Assembly (NCBI GenBank): GCA_043827405.1
Contig: JBDRPD010000062.1
Location: forward strand, 64,001-128,000
Direction of reading: 5' to 3'
Source of the DNA: Elusimicrobiota bacterium
GTDB lineage: Bacteria > Elusimicrobiota > Elusimicrobia > UBA1565
Length of the DNA: 64,000 nucleotides
Shown: piece after piece, positions 33,884 through 43,527 of the stretch
Position numbering within the stretch: position 1 is the stretch's first letter
How the letters are laid out: the number at the start of each line of letters is the position of its first letter
Made by a program: the position numbers and the translations under genes
Notes under the pieces: generated by a model
Databases searched by the model: none
Told to the model about the DNA's origin: nothing
Seen by the model: only the letters and a program-made list of their open reading frames with translations

Positions 33884-34936
33884 ATGAGCAAGCCGCAGAC
33901 TCCGCGTCCGTCGCGCGGCCGGCCGGATCCCCGGCCGATCGACTGGGAGCAGGTAACCGACGAGGAGCTCCTCGCCAAGCGCATCTGCGACCTTCCGCTC
34001 AAGATCGAGGGGACGGTCCTGGAAGAGTGGGTACGGACCGTCTACCGGGAACTGGAGACGAAAGGGATAGGGTTTCACCCCGAGGTCTATTTGGGCGACG
34101 AGTGGTTCTCTCCCGAAGGTGATCCCATTATCAGCATCCCGTACTACTTGGCGCATCCGCGGCTCATCAAGCTGGAACGCAGCCGCGTGCTGGAAGCCGA
34201 GGGTGAATCGCGGGAGTGGTTTCTTAAGCTGCTGCGTCACGAGATGGGCCATGCTTTGTCGCATGCATACGGTCTCGGTCGCAGTAAGGGCTACCGCAGC
34301 GTTTTCGGCGACCCCGCGCAGGAGTACCCGGACGGCTTCCGTCCCCGGCCGTACAGCCGGAAGTACGTGCAGCATCTTTTCGACTGGTACGCGCAGCTTC
34401 ATCCGGACGAGGACTACGCGGAGACTTTCGCGGTTTGGCTGACCCCGGACAAGGACTGGCGCCGGGAATATGCGTCCTGGCCGGCGCTGCGGAAGCTGGA
34501 GTTCGTCGACCGTCTGATGGGCGGCATCCGCGGACGGCGGCCCAAGAAGAGCCGCGCGCCGAAGTGGCGGCACCTGCGCTCGATCCGCATGACGATCGCC
34601 TATTCGCACAAGCTCAAGCGCCGGGCGATGGAGGAGGACTTTCCCGACTACTTCGACCGGGATCTGCTGGCTATCTTCGCAAGCGGGGGGGAAGCCGAAA
34701 AAGCCGGCTGCTTTCTGCGCCGGCACCGCAAGGAGCTGGTGCGCAGCATCGCGCAGTGGACGCTGGCGAAGAAATATACGGTCAATGAGCTCGTCACGCG
34801 GCTCGCCGAGCGCGCCGACGAGCTTGCGCTGCGCGTCGCGCGGCCGGAGCTTACGACGCTGACCCGGGTGAGCGTCTGCCTGACGGCGATGGCCAAGAAC
34901 TACTTCCTGACCGGCAAATTCAAGAGGCGCGTCTGA
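33884..34936 (+). CDS. Putative zinc-binding metallopeptidase
   Basis: DEWFSP, PYYLAHPRL, LRHEMGH (HExxH), YAQ.HPDED.AETFAVWL. Confidence 0.85.
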   Translation: MSKPQTPRPSRGRPDPRPIDWEQVTDEELLAKRICDLPLKIEGTVLEEWVRTVYRELETKGIGFHPEVYLGDEWFSPEGDPIISIPYYLAHPRLIKLERSRVLEAEGESREWFLKLLRHEMGHALSHAYGLGRSKGYRSVFGDPAQEYPDGFRPRPYSRKYVQHLFDWYAQLHPDEDYAETFAVWLTPDKDWRREYASWPALRKLEFVDRLMGGIRGRRPKKSRAPKWRHLRSIRMTIAYSHKLKRRAMEEDFPDYFDRDLLAIFASGGEAEKAGCFLRRHRKELVRSIAQWTLAKKYTVNELVTRLAERADELALRVARPELTTLTRVSVCLTAMAKNYFLTGKFKRRV

Positions 34937-35958
34937 TGGGAAAATCACTGAAGGTTTTGGCGCTCTTTGACGTGGGCGAACCGGTTGAACGCGGCCATGA
35001 CTTCTCCGAGGATTTCAAGCTGCCGGCGTGGAAGTCGGAAGCGCATGTGTTCCGAGGACTTAAGAGTCTCGGCCATGAAGTGCGCGCGCTGGGGCTCCAC
35101 GACGATCTGCATCAGCTGGTCGATGAAATTAAGGACTTCCGGCCCGATGTCGTCTTCAACTTGATGGAAGAGTTCAATAAGGAAGCCAGCATGGTGCCCA
35201 ATGTCGTGGCCGTCCTGGAGATGCTGCAGGTGCCTTACACCGGCGCCTCGCCGATGGGGCTGCGGCTGTGCAAAGACAAGGCGCTGACCAAAACCATCCT
35301 GACCCAGCAGGGCATCAGCAATCCGCCGTTTCAGGTTTTCGATCGGGACAAAATCGTCAAGAAGGCGGGCGGTCTGAACTATCCGCTCGTCCTCAAGCCG
35401 ATGGTCGATGACGCCTCTTACGGCATCCATCAGACCTCGGTCGTCTACGACGACGAGCAGCTCGCCGAGCGGGCGAAGCTTATCCATGAAAAGGGCCAGG
35501 ACGCTCTGGCCGAGGAGTACGTGAAGGGCCGTGAGCTCTATGTGAGCGTGCTCGGGACCAAACGGCTGCGCGTTTTTCCCATCCGCGAGGTGCGCTTCGG
35601 CCGGCTCGCGGACGACACCGCCGAGCCCGTAGCCTCCTACAAGGTAAAGTGGGACAAGAGCTACCGGCGCAAATGGAACATCACCTACGGCTACGCCAGC
35701 GATTTGGACGAGGCGCTCACTGCGCGCATCCAGGATATGGCGCGGGCGGCCTTTCGGGCGCTGCACCTGACGGGCTACGCCCGCGTGGACATGCGGCTGA
35801 CTCCCGACAACGAACCCGCTATCCTCGAGGTCAATCCCAACCCCTATATCGCCAAGGATGAGGATTTCGCCCAGTCGGCGAAGAAGGGGGGGCGGTCCTG
35901 GAAGCAGCTGCTGCAGGCGATCATCAACGAGGCGCTGTCGCTGCCGGATGACGAGTAG
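34936..35958 (+). CDS. D-Ala-D-Ala ligase-like ATP-grasp protein
   Basis: DVVFNL.E, PYTG, DKALTK, PLVLKP..DDAS.GI, EEYV.GRE, GYARVDMR, LEVNPNP. Lacks the canonical Ddl GG.S.E..VS N-terminus. Confidence 0.85.
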   Translation: MGKSLKVLALFDVGEPVERGHDFSEDFKLPAWKSEAHVFRGLKSLGHEVRALGLHDDLHQLVDEIKDFRPDVVFNLMEEFNKEASMVPNVVAVLEMLQVPYTGASPMGLRLCKDKALTKTILTQQGISNPPFQVFDRDKIVKKAGGLNYPLVLKPMVDDASYGIHQTSVVYDDEQLAERAKLIHEKGQDALAEEYVKGRELYVSVLGTKRLRVFPIREVRFGRLADDTAEPVASYKVKWDKSYRRKWNITYGYASDLDEALTARIQDMARAAFRALHLTGYARVDMRLTPDNEPAILEVNPNPYIAKDEDFAQSAKKGGRSWKQLLQAIINEALSLPDDE

Positions 35959-36832
35959 CGGCGTTCCTCTCTGGTTCGTGCTGGCGGCCGCCTGCGGCGT
36001 CTGCAATGCGTTGGAGGGCGCCTGGGTCAAGCATCTGAGCGGCCGGGGCTTTAAGCCCGAATTTTTCGCCTGGTGCGCCGCGTCTTTTACCCTCCCCATA
36101 TTATGGTTCAGCGTCAGCGTCGAGGGCTGGCCGGCGATTCAGCCGGCGTTCTACTTTCCGTTTGCCATGGCGGTCCTGGGCAATACCGTCGGGCTCATCT
36201 GCTTCTTTCGCGCCTTGTCTTACGGTCAGCTCTCCTTGGTCTATCCCCTCCTCGCCCTGACGCCGGTGTGGATGCTGCTTTCAACGGAGTTCATCACGGG
36301 CGAGTTTCCGGGCCGGCTCGGCCTCTGGGGAATCCTATTGAGCACCGCGGGCTGCTATGCCCTGGGGCTCGACCGCACCGGCCCCCTGTCCCCCTTCCGC
36401 AACCTCTGGGGCATCCCGGGCAGCCGCTGGGCGCTGATCACCAGCGTGATATGGTCGTTTACCGCCAACTTCGACAAGGCCGCGGTGGAGGCATCGTCGG
36501 CGATGTTTCACCCGGCCGCCGCGGGTACGGCGCTGGCGGTTACGCTGTTCGCCGCCGCGCCGCGCTCCTGCGTCGACGGCCTCAAGCGGTGCGCGAAGTG
36601 GGACGACCTGTGGCGCGTTCTGGTGCTGACCGCGCTCGTGGGGGTGCTGGTGCTCACGCAGTTCGCCGCCGTGGACCGGGCGCAGGCCACCTATGTGACG
36701 GCGGTTAAGCGCGGCGGCCTGGTGGTGGGCGTGCTGCTGGGCTGGCTGCTCTACAAGGAGCCCTACGGCTTGCGCCGGCTGGCGCTCAGCTGCGTGGTGC
36801 TCGCCGGCATCCTTTGCCTGGTTTGGGCGTAG
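35948..36832 (+). CDS. EamA/DMT family transporter
   Basis: About 10 TM segments; LSLVYPLL.LTP, ITGE, NFDK, YV.AVKR, LYKE. Confidence 0.85.
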   Translation: MTSSGVPLWFVLAAACGVCNALEGAWVKHLSGRGFKPEFFAWCAASFTLPILWFSVSVEGWPAIQPAFYFPFAMAVLGNTVGLICFFRALSYGQLSLVYPLLALTPVWMLLSTEFITGEFPGRLGLWGILLSTAGCYALGLDRTGPLSPFRNLWGIPGSRWALITSVIWSFTANFDKAAVEASSAMFHPAAAGTALAVTLFAAAPRSCVDGLKRCAKWDDLWRVLVLTALVGVLVLTQFAAVDRAQATYVTAVKRGGLVVGVLLGWLLYKEPYGLRRLALSCVVLAGILCLVWA

Positions 36833-37113
36833 GGCCTCCCTGGATGAAATGTTGCATAATCTTTTAGGCATGCTCCTCAACTCGCGGCAGTATTCTGAAA
36901 TTACAGAAGCGCGGGTCGCTTTGGATGGGGCGGTCTGCCGCTCCTCGATGAATGGGAAATGCTTAAATTAATAATGCGTTCCAGTTCAGCACAAGCAGCA
37001 CGGATGGATGATTCTGGCCTGGCGGGCTGTGCCGGAATCGCCGGGGCAGAAAAACCTGTACTTACCCCCGGGGTGAGGCGGGAGTATGGGATTGAGGGGG
37101 TAGCAGAACGCCG

Positions 37114-37605
37114 ATGAAACATAATTTGGTCGACACTACTTCAGGGAAGCGCAAGGATGGATTGATCGCCATGTTGCAGGATATCCAGGCCGAGATGGGC
37201 TATCTGCCGGAAGACGCCTTGCGGGCCGTCGCCGCGAATACCGGCCGGCCGCTCATCGACGTCTACAGCGTGGCTACCTTTTACAGCTCCTTTCGTTTTA
37301 AACCCAAGGGGAAGCACCTCATGCAGGTATGTGTGGGGACCGCCTGCCATGTGCGCGGCGGAAGCCAGGTCGCGGAAGAGATCGGCAAGCGGCTGAAAGT
37401 CGAGCCCGGCGATACGACCGAGGACGGGGAATACACTTTGGAAACGGTGAATTGTTTGGGCTGCTGCGCGATAGGCCCCGTTCTGGTTAAGGACGAAAAG
37501 TATCACGGCCAGGTCGCCATGAAGGACCTCAAAGCCCTCCTCTCGGACCAGAAGGCTAAACCGGCAAAACGGAAATGCCGTTGCAAGGACGGAACCAAGA
37601 AATGA
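37114..37605 (+). CDS. NuoE/HydC-like [2Fe-2S] thioredoxin-fold subunit
   Basis: LQDIQ.E.GYLP, VATFY, VCVGTACHVRG, VNCLGCCA.GP. Confidence 0.92.
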   Translation: MKHNLVDTTSGKRKDGLIAMLQDIQAEMGYLPEDALRAVAANTGRPLIDVYSVATFYSSFRFKPKGKHLMQVCVGTACHVRGGSQVAEEIGKRLKVEPGDTTEDGEYTLETVNCLGCCAIGPVLVKDEKYHGQVAMKDLKALLSDQKAKPAKRKCRCKDGTKK

Positions 37606-38003
37606 TCAAGATTAGGGTGAAGTGCCAACACTGCGGGAAATCCCTGATGGACCCGAAACATCTCATCGATTCAAAGCCGTCGATACGACTGGCGGCGATA
37701 ATCGGCCGCAAGAAGGCCACCTTGCGGCTCAGCGCCTTCTACGGCAGCTACCGATTCGAGAGCTCCGTTCCCCTGCGGGAGGGGCAGCTCGTTCGAGGTT
37801 TATGCCCCCACTGCCGCAAGGAGCTTAAAGGCTCCCGAATCTGTGAGAAGTGTGAGGCGGCCATGATCCCGCTCGCGATGCAGGAGGGCGGGATGGTGCA
37901 GATATGCTCACGGAAGGGGTGCAAGAAGCATCTCATCGAGTTCGAAGATCCTGAAGCCGAAATCCGCGCATTCTACGCCAAATATTCCACATTTTTCAAG
38001 TGA
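37602..38003 (+). CDS. Small Cys-rich (zinc-ribbon-like) protein in the oxidoreductase operon
   Basis: CQHC, CPHC, CEKC and CSRKGC..H motifs; 4-nt overlaps on both sides. Confidence 0.8.
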   Translation: MIKIRVKCQHCGKSLMDPKHLIDSKPSIRLAAIIGRKKATLRLSAFYGSYRFESSVPLREGQLVRGLCPHCRKELKGSRICEKCEAAMIPLAMQEGGMVQICSRKGCKKHLIEFEDPEAEIRAFYAKYSTFFK

Positions 38004-41000
38004 GTCCAAGCATGACCGCAAAAACACTGACCAAGAACCCGGTCGGACTGACCACGCAAAATAAGATACGCAGTGTTTCGGACTATGACGCGCTGCGGAA
38101 GGTCGTTTCCGCCGAGCGGAACTCCTATGAGACCCGTATCAGCGTCGGCTGCTCGAGCTGCTCCGCTTCCGATGCCGAGGCTTTGCGGATTGCGCTGACA
38201 AATGCGGTGGTCAAGAATGGTCTGCAGGACCGGGTTCTGGTTCGGATTTCCGGGTGTCACGGCTTTTGCGCACAGGGCCCGCTGGTGCTGATGATCCCCG
38301 AAGGAATCTGCTATGTGCAGGTCAAACCGGAGGATGCCGACGAAATCATAGAAAAGACGGTGGCCAAGGGCAATATCATCAAACGCTTGCTGTATGTCGA
38401 CCCGAAGACAAACGAAGCTTATCAGTATGAGAGAAGGATCCCTTTTTATAAAAAACAGATGCGCCTCCTCATGGACTACAACAAACGCATCGACCCCAGA
38501 GATATCCGCACATTTATAGCGATAGACGGTTATGACAGCTTGGCCAAGGTCCTCAGCCGGATGTCTCCGGAGGACGTGATTCTTGAGGTCAAAAACTCCG
38601 GTCTGCGAGGCCGGGGCGGGGCCGGATTCCCGACCGCGTTCAAATGGGACTTCTGCCGAAAAGCCAAGGGCGAGCCGAAATATGTGATCTGCAACGCCGA
38701 TGAAGGCGACCCCGGCGCCTATATGGATCGCAGCGTCATGGAGAGCAATCCCCACAGCGTTCTCGAGGGCATGATCATCGGGGCCTACGCTATCGGGGCC
38801 CGTGAGGGCTACATTTATATCCGGAACGAATATCCCGTGGCCGTCAAGCACATTCAAGAGGCCGTCAAACACGCCTATGAGTACGGCTTGCTCGGCAAAA
38901 ACATCCTAAACACGGGGTTCGACTTCGATGTCCATGTGGAGCGGGGCGCGGGTGCCTTCGTCTGCGGCGAGGAGACGGCCCTTATCGCCGCCATTGAGGG
39001 CCGGCCGGGCGTGCCGATGCAAAGGCCGCCCTTCCCCGCCACCAATGGCCTTTGGGGCAAACCAACAAACATCAACAACGTTGAGACCTGGGCCAACGTT
39101 CCCTTGATCTTCACCCGGGGTGCGAGCTGGTACTCCCACTTCGGCACTCGCAACAGCAAGGGCACTAAGATTTTTTCTCTGGTGGGCAAGGTGCGCAATA
39201 CCGGCCTAGTGGAAGTGCCCATGGGGACGACGTTTCGGGAGATTATCTACGACATCGGCGGCGGCATCAAGGACGACCGTCAGTTCAAGGCTGTCCAGAC
39301 CGGGGGGCCCTCCGGAGGATGCATCCCTGAGGAGTACCTCGATCTGATGGTGGACTATGAGAGTCTCGCCAAGGCGGGTTCGATCATGGGCTCCGGCGGC
39401 ATGATCGTCATGGACGAGCAAACCTGCATGGTGGACGTGGCCAAGTATTTCATGAACTTCCTGCGCGGCGAGTCCTGCGGCAAGTGCCTGTCCTGCCGGG
39501 AAGGGACGCAGAGACTCTGGGAGCTGCTGGGAGATATCTGCGAGGGGAGAGGAACGGAGGAGCATGTCGGACTCATTGAGGAGCTGGCGCTGACGGTGAA
39601 GGAGAGTTCGATGTGCGGGCTCGGCCAGACGGCGGGCAACCCCGTGCTCAGCACTCTCCGCTACTTCCGCGAGGAATACGAAGAACATATTCGTGACGGG
39701 AAGTGCCGCGCCGGAGTATGCACAATGGGGAAGGCGCCTTGCGAGTTGGGCTGCCCGATCAGCATGAATATCCCCGCCTATATCGCGCTGACGCAGGCGG
39801 GTCGGTTGGACGATGCCTACCGGGTTCTGAAGCGGACTAATCCGTTCCCGAGCGTATGCGGCCGCGTCTGCAGCCAGCAATGCGTGAGCAAGTGCCGGCG
39901 CGCGCAGCTCGACGAGGCTCTTGCCATCAAGAACCTGAAGCGCTTTATCACGGACCAGGGCGAGCGGCCGCGAGTCGAAAAGATTCCGACCACGCGCAAG
40001 GAGCGGATCGCCGTGGTGGGGGCGGGACCGTCCGGCCTCGCCGCCGCCTGGGAGCTGCGCAAAAGGGGCTATGCCGTCACTGTATTTGAAGAGCATAAGG
40101 ATGCCGGCGGCATGATGCGCCTATGCATCCCGGCCTTCCGGCTGCCGCATGAGGTGCTGGAGCAGGAGATACAGGACATCGTGGCGACCGGCGTCGAGCT
40201 GCGGCTCGGCACAAAAGTCGGCCGTGACGTTTCCTTCGCGGAGCTTGATCAGGACTTCAAGCATATCTATCTCGCGGTCGGCGCCCAGTTCGGTGCCGTG
40301 CTCGGCATCCCCGGCGAGAAGGCGACGGGAGTTTATGACGCCCTGCGCTATCTGAAGGAGGTCAATGCCGGCAGGAAGACCGGCCTTGGCCGACGGGTCG
40401 CGGTTATCGGGGGCGGCAATACGGCGATCGACGCGGCGCGGACCGCCGTTCGGGACGGCGCCTCGGAGGTCACCATTTTTTACCGGCGGCAGCGCCAGGA
40501 GATGCCGGCGCTCAAGGAAGAAGTCGAAGCCGCGGAAGCCGAAGGCGTCAAGATCGAGTTTCTCGCGGCGCCGGTCCAGGTCCTCGCAAATAACGACCGC
40601 GTCGCCGCCCTTGAGCTGCGCCGCATGAAGCTTGGCGACATGGATGCGAGCGGCCGTCGGCGGCCGATACCGATAGAGGGCTCGGAGTTCAAGGTGGAGG
40701 TGGATGCGGTCATTTCCGCCGTTGGGCAAGAGGCGGACCTTGGTTTCGTGCCTGCCGGGAGCGGAGTTCGGATAACCCGGAACCGCGTTTTGGTGGACGG
40801 GAAGTTCCATACGTCCATGCACAAGGTATGGGCCGGCGGAGATGTGGTAACGGGACCGGCCATGGTCATCGACGCTATCCATGCCGGAGTAGAAGCTGCC
40901 CGCGCCATCGATGCCGCGGTGCGCAAGGCCAAGGGAGAGGGGCCGTGGATCCCGCCGTTGGCGGAGCCGATCGCTATTCCTATGGATCCCCCCGCCGGGT

Positions 41001-41224
41001 CCAAAAAACAGCCCTGCGTGCATATGCCGACGCTGGCGGCCGGGAGAAGAAGAGACGGATTCCAAGAGGTCGAAACGGGCTACTCGGATGAGCAGGCCCG
41101 GCTCGAAGCGAGCCGGTGTCTGCGCTGTGATTTCAAGGCGGAGCCCCCTGTGGTGAAGAAGAAGGGGGCGGGTAAGACGGAAATCCGCAAAGGGAAGAGA
41201 GGCCGCGGAAAAAAACATGCCTAG
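38000..41224 (+). CDS. NuoF/HydB-like FMN/NADH subunit fused to a GltD/NfnB-like FAD-NAD(P)H domain
   Basis: N-terminal GCHGFCAQGP; GLRGRGGAGFP, CNADEGDPGAYMDR, CGEETAL, GGPSGG, SCGKC..CREG, CGLG; then PC..GCP, CGRVC...C...C, VGAGPSG, VIGGGNTAID, GGD.V.GP, EASRCLRC. Confidence 0.92.
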   Translation: MSPSMTAKTLTKNPVGLTTQNKIRSVSDYDALRKVVSAERNSYETRISVGCSSCSASDAEALRIALTNAVVKNGLQDRVLVRISGCHGFCAQGPLVLMIPEGICYVQVKPEDADEIIEKTVAKGNIIKRLLYVDPKTNEAYQYERRIPFYKKQMRLLMDYNKRIDPRDIRTFIAIDGYDSLAKVLSRMSPEDVILEVKNSGLRGRGGAGFPTAFKWDFCRKAKGEPKYVICNADEGDPGAYMDRSVMESNPHSVLEGMIIGAYAIGAREGYIYIRNEYPVAVKHIQEAVKHAYEYGLLGKNILNTGFDFDVHVERGAGAFVCGEETALIAAIEGRPGVPMQRPPFPATNGLWGKPTNINNVETWANVPLIFTRGASWYSHFGTRNSKGTKIFSLVGKVRNTGLVEVPMGTTFREIIYDIGGGIKDDRQFKAVQTGGPSGGCIPEEYLDLMVDYESLAKAGSIMGSGGMIVMDEQTCMVDVAKYFMNFLRGESCGKCLSCREGTQRLWELLGDICEGRGTEEHVGLIEELALTVKESSMCGLGQTAGNPVLSTLRYFREEYEEHIRDGKCRAGVCTMGKAPCELGCPISMNIPAYIALTQAGRLDDAYRVLKRTNPFPSVCGRVCSQQCVSKCRRAQLDEALAIKNLKRFITDQGERPRVEKIPTTRKERIAVVGAGPSGLAAAWELRKRGYAVTVFEEHKDAGGMMRLCIPAFRLPHEVLEQEIQDIVATGVELRLGTKVGRDVSFAELDQDFKHIYLAVGAQFGAVLGIPGEKATGVYDALRYLKEVNAGRKTGLGRRVAVIGGGNTAIDAARTAVRDGASEVTIFYRRQRQEMPALKEEVEAAEAEGVKIEFLAAPVQVLANNDRVAALELRRMKLGDMDASGRRRPIPIEGSEFKVEVDAVISAVGQEADLGFVPAGSGVRITRNRVLVDGKFHTSMHKVWAGGDVVTGPAMVIDAIHAGVEAARAIDAAVRKAKGEGPWIPPLAEPIAIPMDPPAGSKKQPCVHMPTLAAGRRRDGFQEVETGYSDEQARLEASRCLRCDFKAEPPVVKKKGAGKTEIRKGKRGRGKKHA

Positions 41225-41921
41225 GATTACGATAGACGGTATTCCGCTGGAGGCGGAAAAGGGTTGGAGCGTTCTGGAGGCCGCGCGCTTCCTGGGTCTT
41301 GAGATTCCCACCCTTTGCCACCTGGACGGGCTTTCCTCTTTCGGGGGGTGCCGGCTTTGCGTGGTTGAAACCGGGACCGGAAAGCGGGCACGCCTGGTCA
41401 CCTCTTGCACTTATCCGGTCGAAGAAGGCTTAAGCGTGAGGACGAACTCCGCCCGGGTCTTGCGGAGCCGGAAGATGCTTATCGAGCTGCTGCTGTCGGT
41501 CTGCCCCAGTTCGAAGGTCATCCAGGATATGGCGGCCAAGTTCGGCGTCCAGAAGATGCGGTTCAAGCCGAGAAACGACGACTGCATCCAATGCGGGCTG
41601 TGCACCAGGATTTGCGAGGAGCAGATGATGGCGAAAGCCATCGGCTTCGTCGGCCGGGGGCAGGAGCGGCGCATCACGACGCCGTTCGATAAAACGTCGG
41701 AGCAGTGCCGGCGCTGCGGAGGGTGCATGCATGTGTGCCCGGTCTGCACGTCGCGGTGCCACGGCTCCACCGCTGCGGGCGCCGTCTGCAACAACTGCAT
41801 GCCCCTGCAGCCGACTTGTATCGAGAGCTTGGACGACTTCGCATGCTACTTAGGACCGACGGGAAATTGCGGGACCTGCGTCAAGAAGGATGAACAGGAA
41901 AAGGCGACTCCAGGAGGATAG
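41217..41921 (+). CDS. NuoG/HydA N-terminal-like Fe-S subunit without catalytic domain
   Basis: IPTLC, GGCRLC, TSC ([2Fe-2S]); CIQCGLCTRIC and CRRCGGCMHVCP ([4Fe-4S]); extra Cys-rich tail; only 234 aa. Confidence 0.88.
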   Translation: MPRITIDGIPLEAEKGWSVLEAARFLGLEIPTLCHLDGLSSFGGCRLCVVETGTGKRARLVTSCTYPVEEGLSVRTNSARVLRSRKMLIELLLSVCPSSKVIQDMAAKFGVQKMRFKPRNDDCIQCGLCTRICEEQMMAKAIGFVGRGQERRITTPFDKTSEQCRRCGGCMHVCPVCTSRCHGSTAAGAVCNNCMPLQPTCIESLDDFACYLGPTGNCGTCVKKDEQEKATPGG

Positions 41922-41923
41922 CT

Positions 41924-43507
41924 ATGGCTACAAACGGCGTAAACGCCAGCGCGGCGACACTTACTAAGAACAGGACCCCGGACTCTACGAGCCCGCTCAG
42001 CGGACTCTGCTCCACCTGCGTGGACGGCTGCATCGGGATGTGCGAGGTCGGGCGCTCGGCCATCCGGGCGCATGAGACGATATACCCGCAGCCGTTCGGG
42101 ATTATCACCACGGCCAGCGAGAAGAAGTATCCGGTGGATTTTTCCCATTTCAATATTATGGGCACGGCGGTCGGAGCGCACGGGATCGCGGCCGATTCGG
42201 ACAAAGCGATCTTTCCGAACGTGAAGCTCGAGACTCGACTGGGCGCTAACGGCGGCATCAAGCTCAAGCTCCCGTTCGTGTCCGGAGGCATGGGGTCCAC
42301 CAATGTCGCGGCCAATAATTGGGAGGGACTCGCGGCCGGAATGGCCATCAGCGGCGCGGGCCTCACCATCGGAGAAAACGTCTGCGGGATGGATCCCCAG
42401 AGCACCATTACGCGGGGGAAGGTCGTGGATTCCCCGGAGCTCGCCCGCCGCGTGAAGCTCTATACGCGCTGGCAGCGCGGCGGCTACGGTATCGTCGTGG
42501 TGCAGGCGAACGTGGAGGACACCCGGCTCGGCGTGCAGGAGTACGCTATCAAGAAGCTCGGCGTGAAGGCGGTCGAGCTGAAGTGGGGGCAGGGCGCCAA
42601 GAACATCGGCGGCGAGGTCAAGATCAAGAGCCTGAAGAAGGCGCAGCTCCTGGCGGACCGGGGCTATGTGGTGCTGCCGAACCCGTATGACAAAAACGTG
42701 ATCCAGGCTTTTGAAAAAGGAGGATTCTCGGAGTTCGAGCGTCACTCCCGCGTGGGCATGGTCGAGGAAGAGAGCTTCCTGGACCGCGTCAAGGAACTGC
42801 GCAAGGCCGGAGCCAAATACGTGAGCCTGAAGACCGGCGCCTATCGTCCGGCCGATCTGGCGCGGGCATTGAAGTTCGCCTCCAAGGCCAAGGTCGACTA
42901 CCTTACGGTCGACGCGGCGGGCGGCGGGACGGGCATGAGCCCCTGGAAGATGATGAACGAATGGGGGATGCCCCCGGTGGAGCTTTTCTCGCTGCTCCAC
43001 AAGTACTGTGAAGTGCTGGCGTCGCGGGGCGAGTATATTCCGCCCATCCTCCCGGCCAGCGGGTTTGTCTTTGAGGATCACATCTTCAAGGGCTTCGCGA
43101 TGGGCGCTCCGTACGTGAAGGCCATCTGCATGGCGCGCGCTCCGCTGACCGCCGCCATGGTCGGAAAGACCATCGGCCAGAAGCTCGCTGACGGCGTTCC
43201 GCCCGTGTTCGTCGGCCGCTTCGGGGCGACGGTCGAGGAGGTCTTCGTTGAGGCGAATCATCTAAAGCGGGAGTTCGGCAAGGACTACGCCAATCTTCCC
43301 CCCGGGGCCATCGGGGTGTACTCCTATCTGCAGCGCTGCGCTCAAGGTCTGCGGCAGATGATGTGCGGCGCCCGGAAGTTCGCGCTTAACTACATAACCC
43401 GGGATGACCTGGCCGCGCTGACGCCCGATGCCGCCCGGATCAGCGGTATTAATTACGTGATGGACCTGGATCGGGATGAGGTGGATAAAATACTCACTGG
43501 ATCGTAA
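41924..43507 (+). CDS. Stand-alone FMN-binding glutamate synthase family protein
   Basis: RBS AGGAGG; N-terminal CSTCVDGCIGMC; GMGST, IGEN, ELKWGQGAK.IGGE, SLKTG, DAAGGGTG, KGFAMGA. No glutamine amidotransferase domain. Confidence 0.88.
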   Translation: MATNGVNASAATLTKNRTPDSTSPLSGLCSTCVDGCIGMCEVGRSAIRAHETIYPQPFGIITTASEKKYPVDFSHFNIMGTAVGAHGIAADSDKAIFPNVKLETRLGANGGIKLKLPFVSGGMGSTNVAANNWEGLAAGMAISGAGLTIGENVCGMDPQSTITRGKVVDSPELARRVKLYTRWQRGGYGIVVVQANVEDTRLGVQEYAIKKLGVKAVELKWGQGAKNIGGEVKIKSLKKAQLLADRGYVVLPNPYDKNVIQAFEKGGFSEFERHSRVGMVEEESFLDRVKELRKAGAKYVSLKTGAYRPADLARALKFASKAKVDYLTVDAAGGGTGMSPWKMMNEWGMPPVELFSLLHKYCEVLASRGEYIPPILPASGFVFEDHIFKGFAMGAPYVKAICMARAPLTAAMVGKTIGQKLADGVPPVFVGRFGATVEEVFVEANHLKREFGKDYANLPPGAIGVYSYLQRCAQGLRQMMCGARKFALNYITRDDLAALTPDAARISGINYVMDLDRDEVDKILTGS

Positions 43508-43527
43508 ATCAGCGCCGCAAAGTTGAA

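Noticed and set aside
37114..41921. Respiratory complex I, [FeFe]-hydrogenase or formate dehydrogenase
   Set aside because: No membrane Nuo subunits, no H-cluster motifs and no molybdopterin domain; the G-like subunit is only 234 aa.
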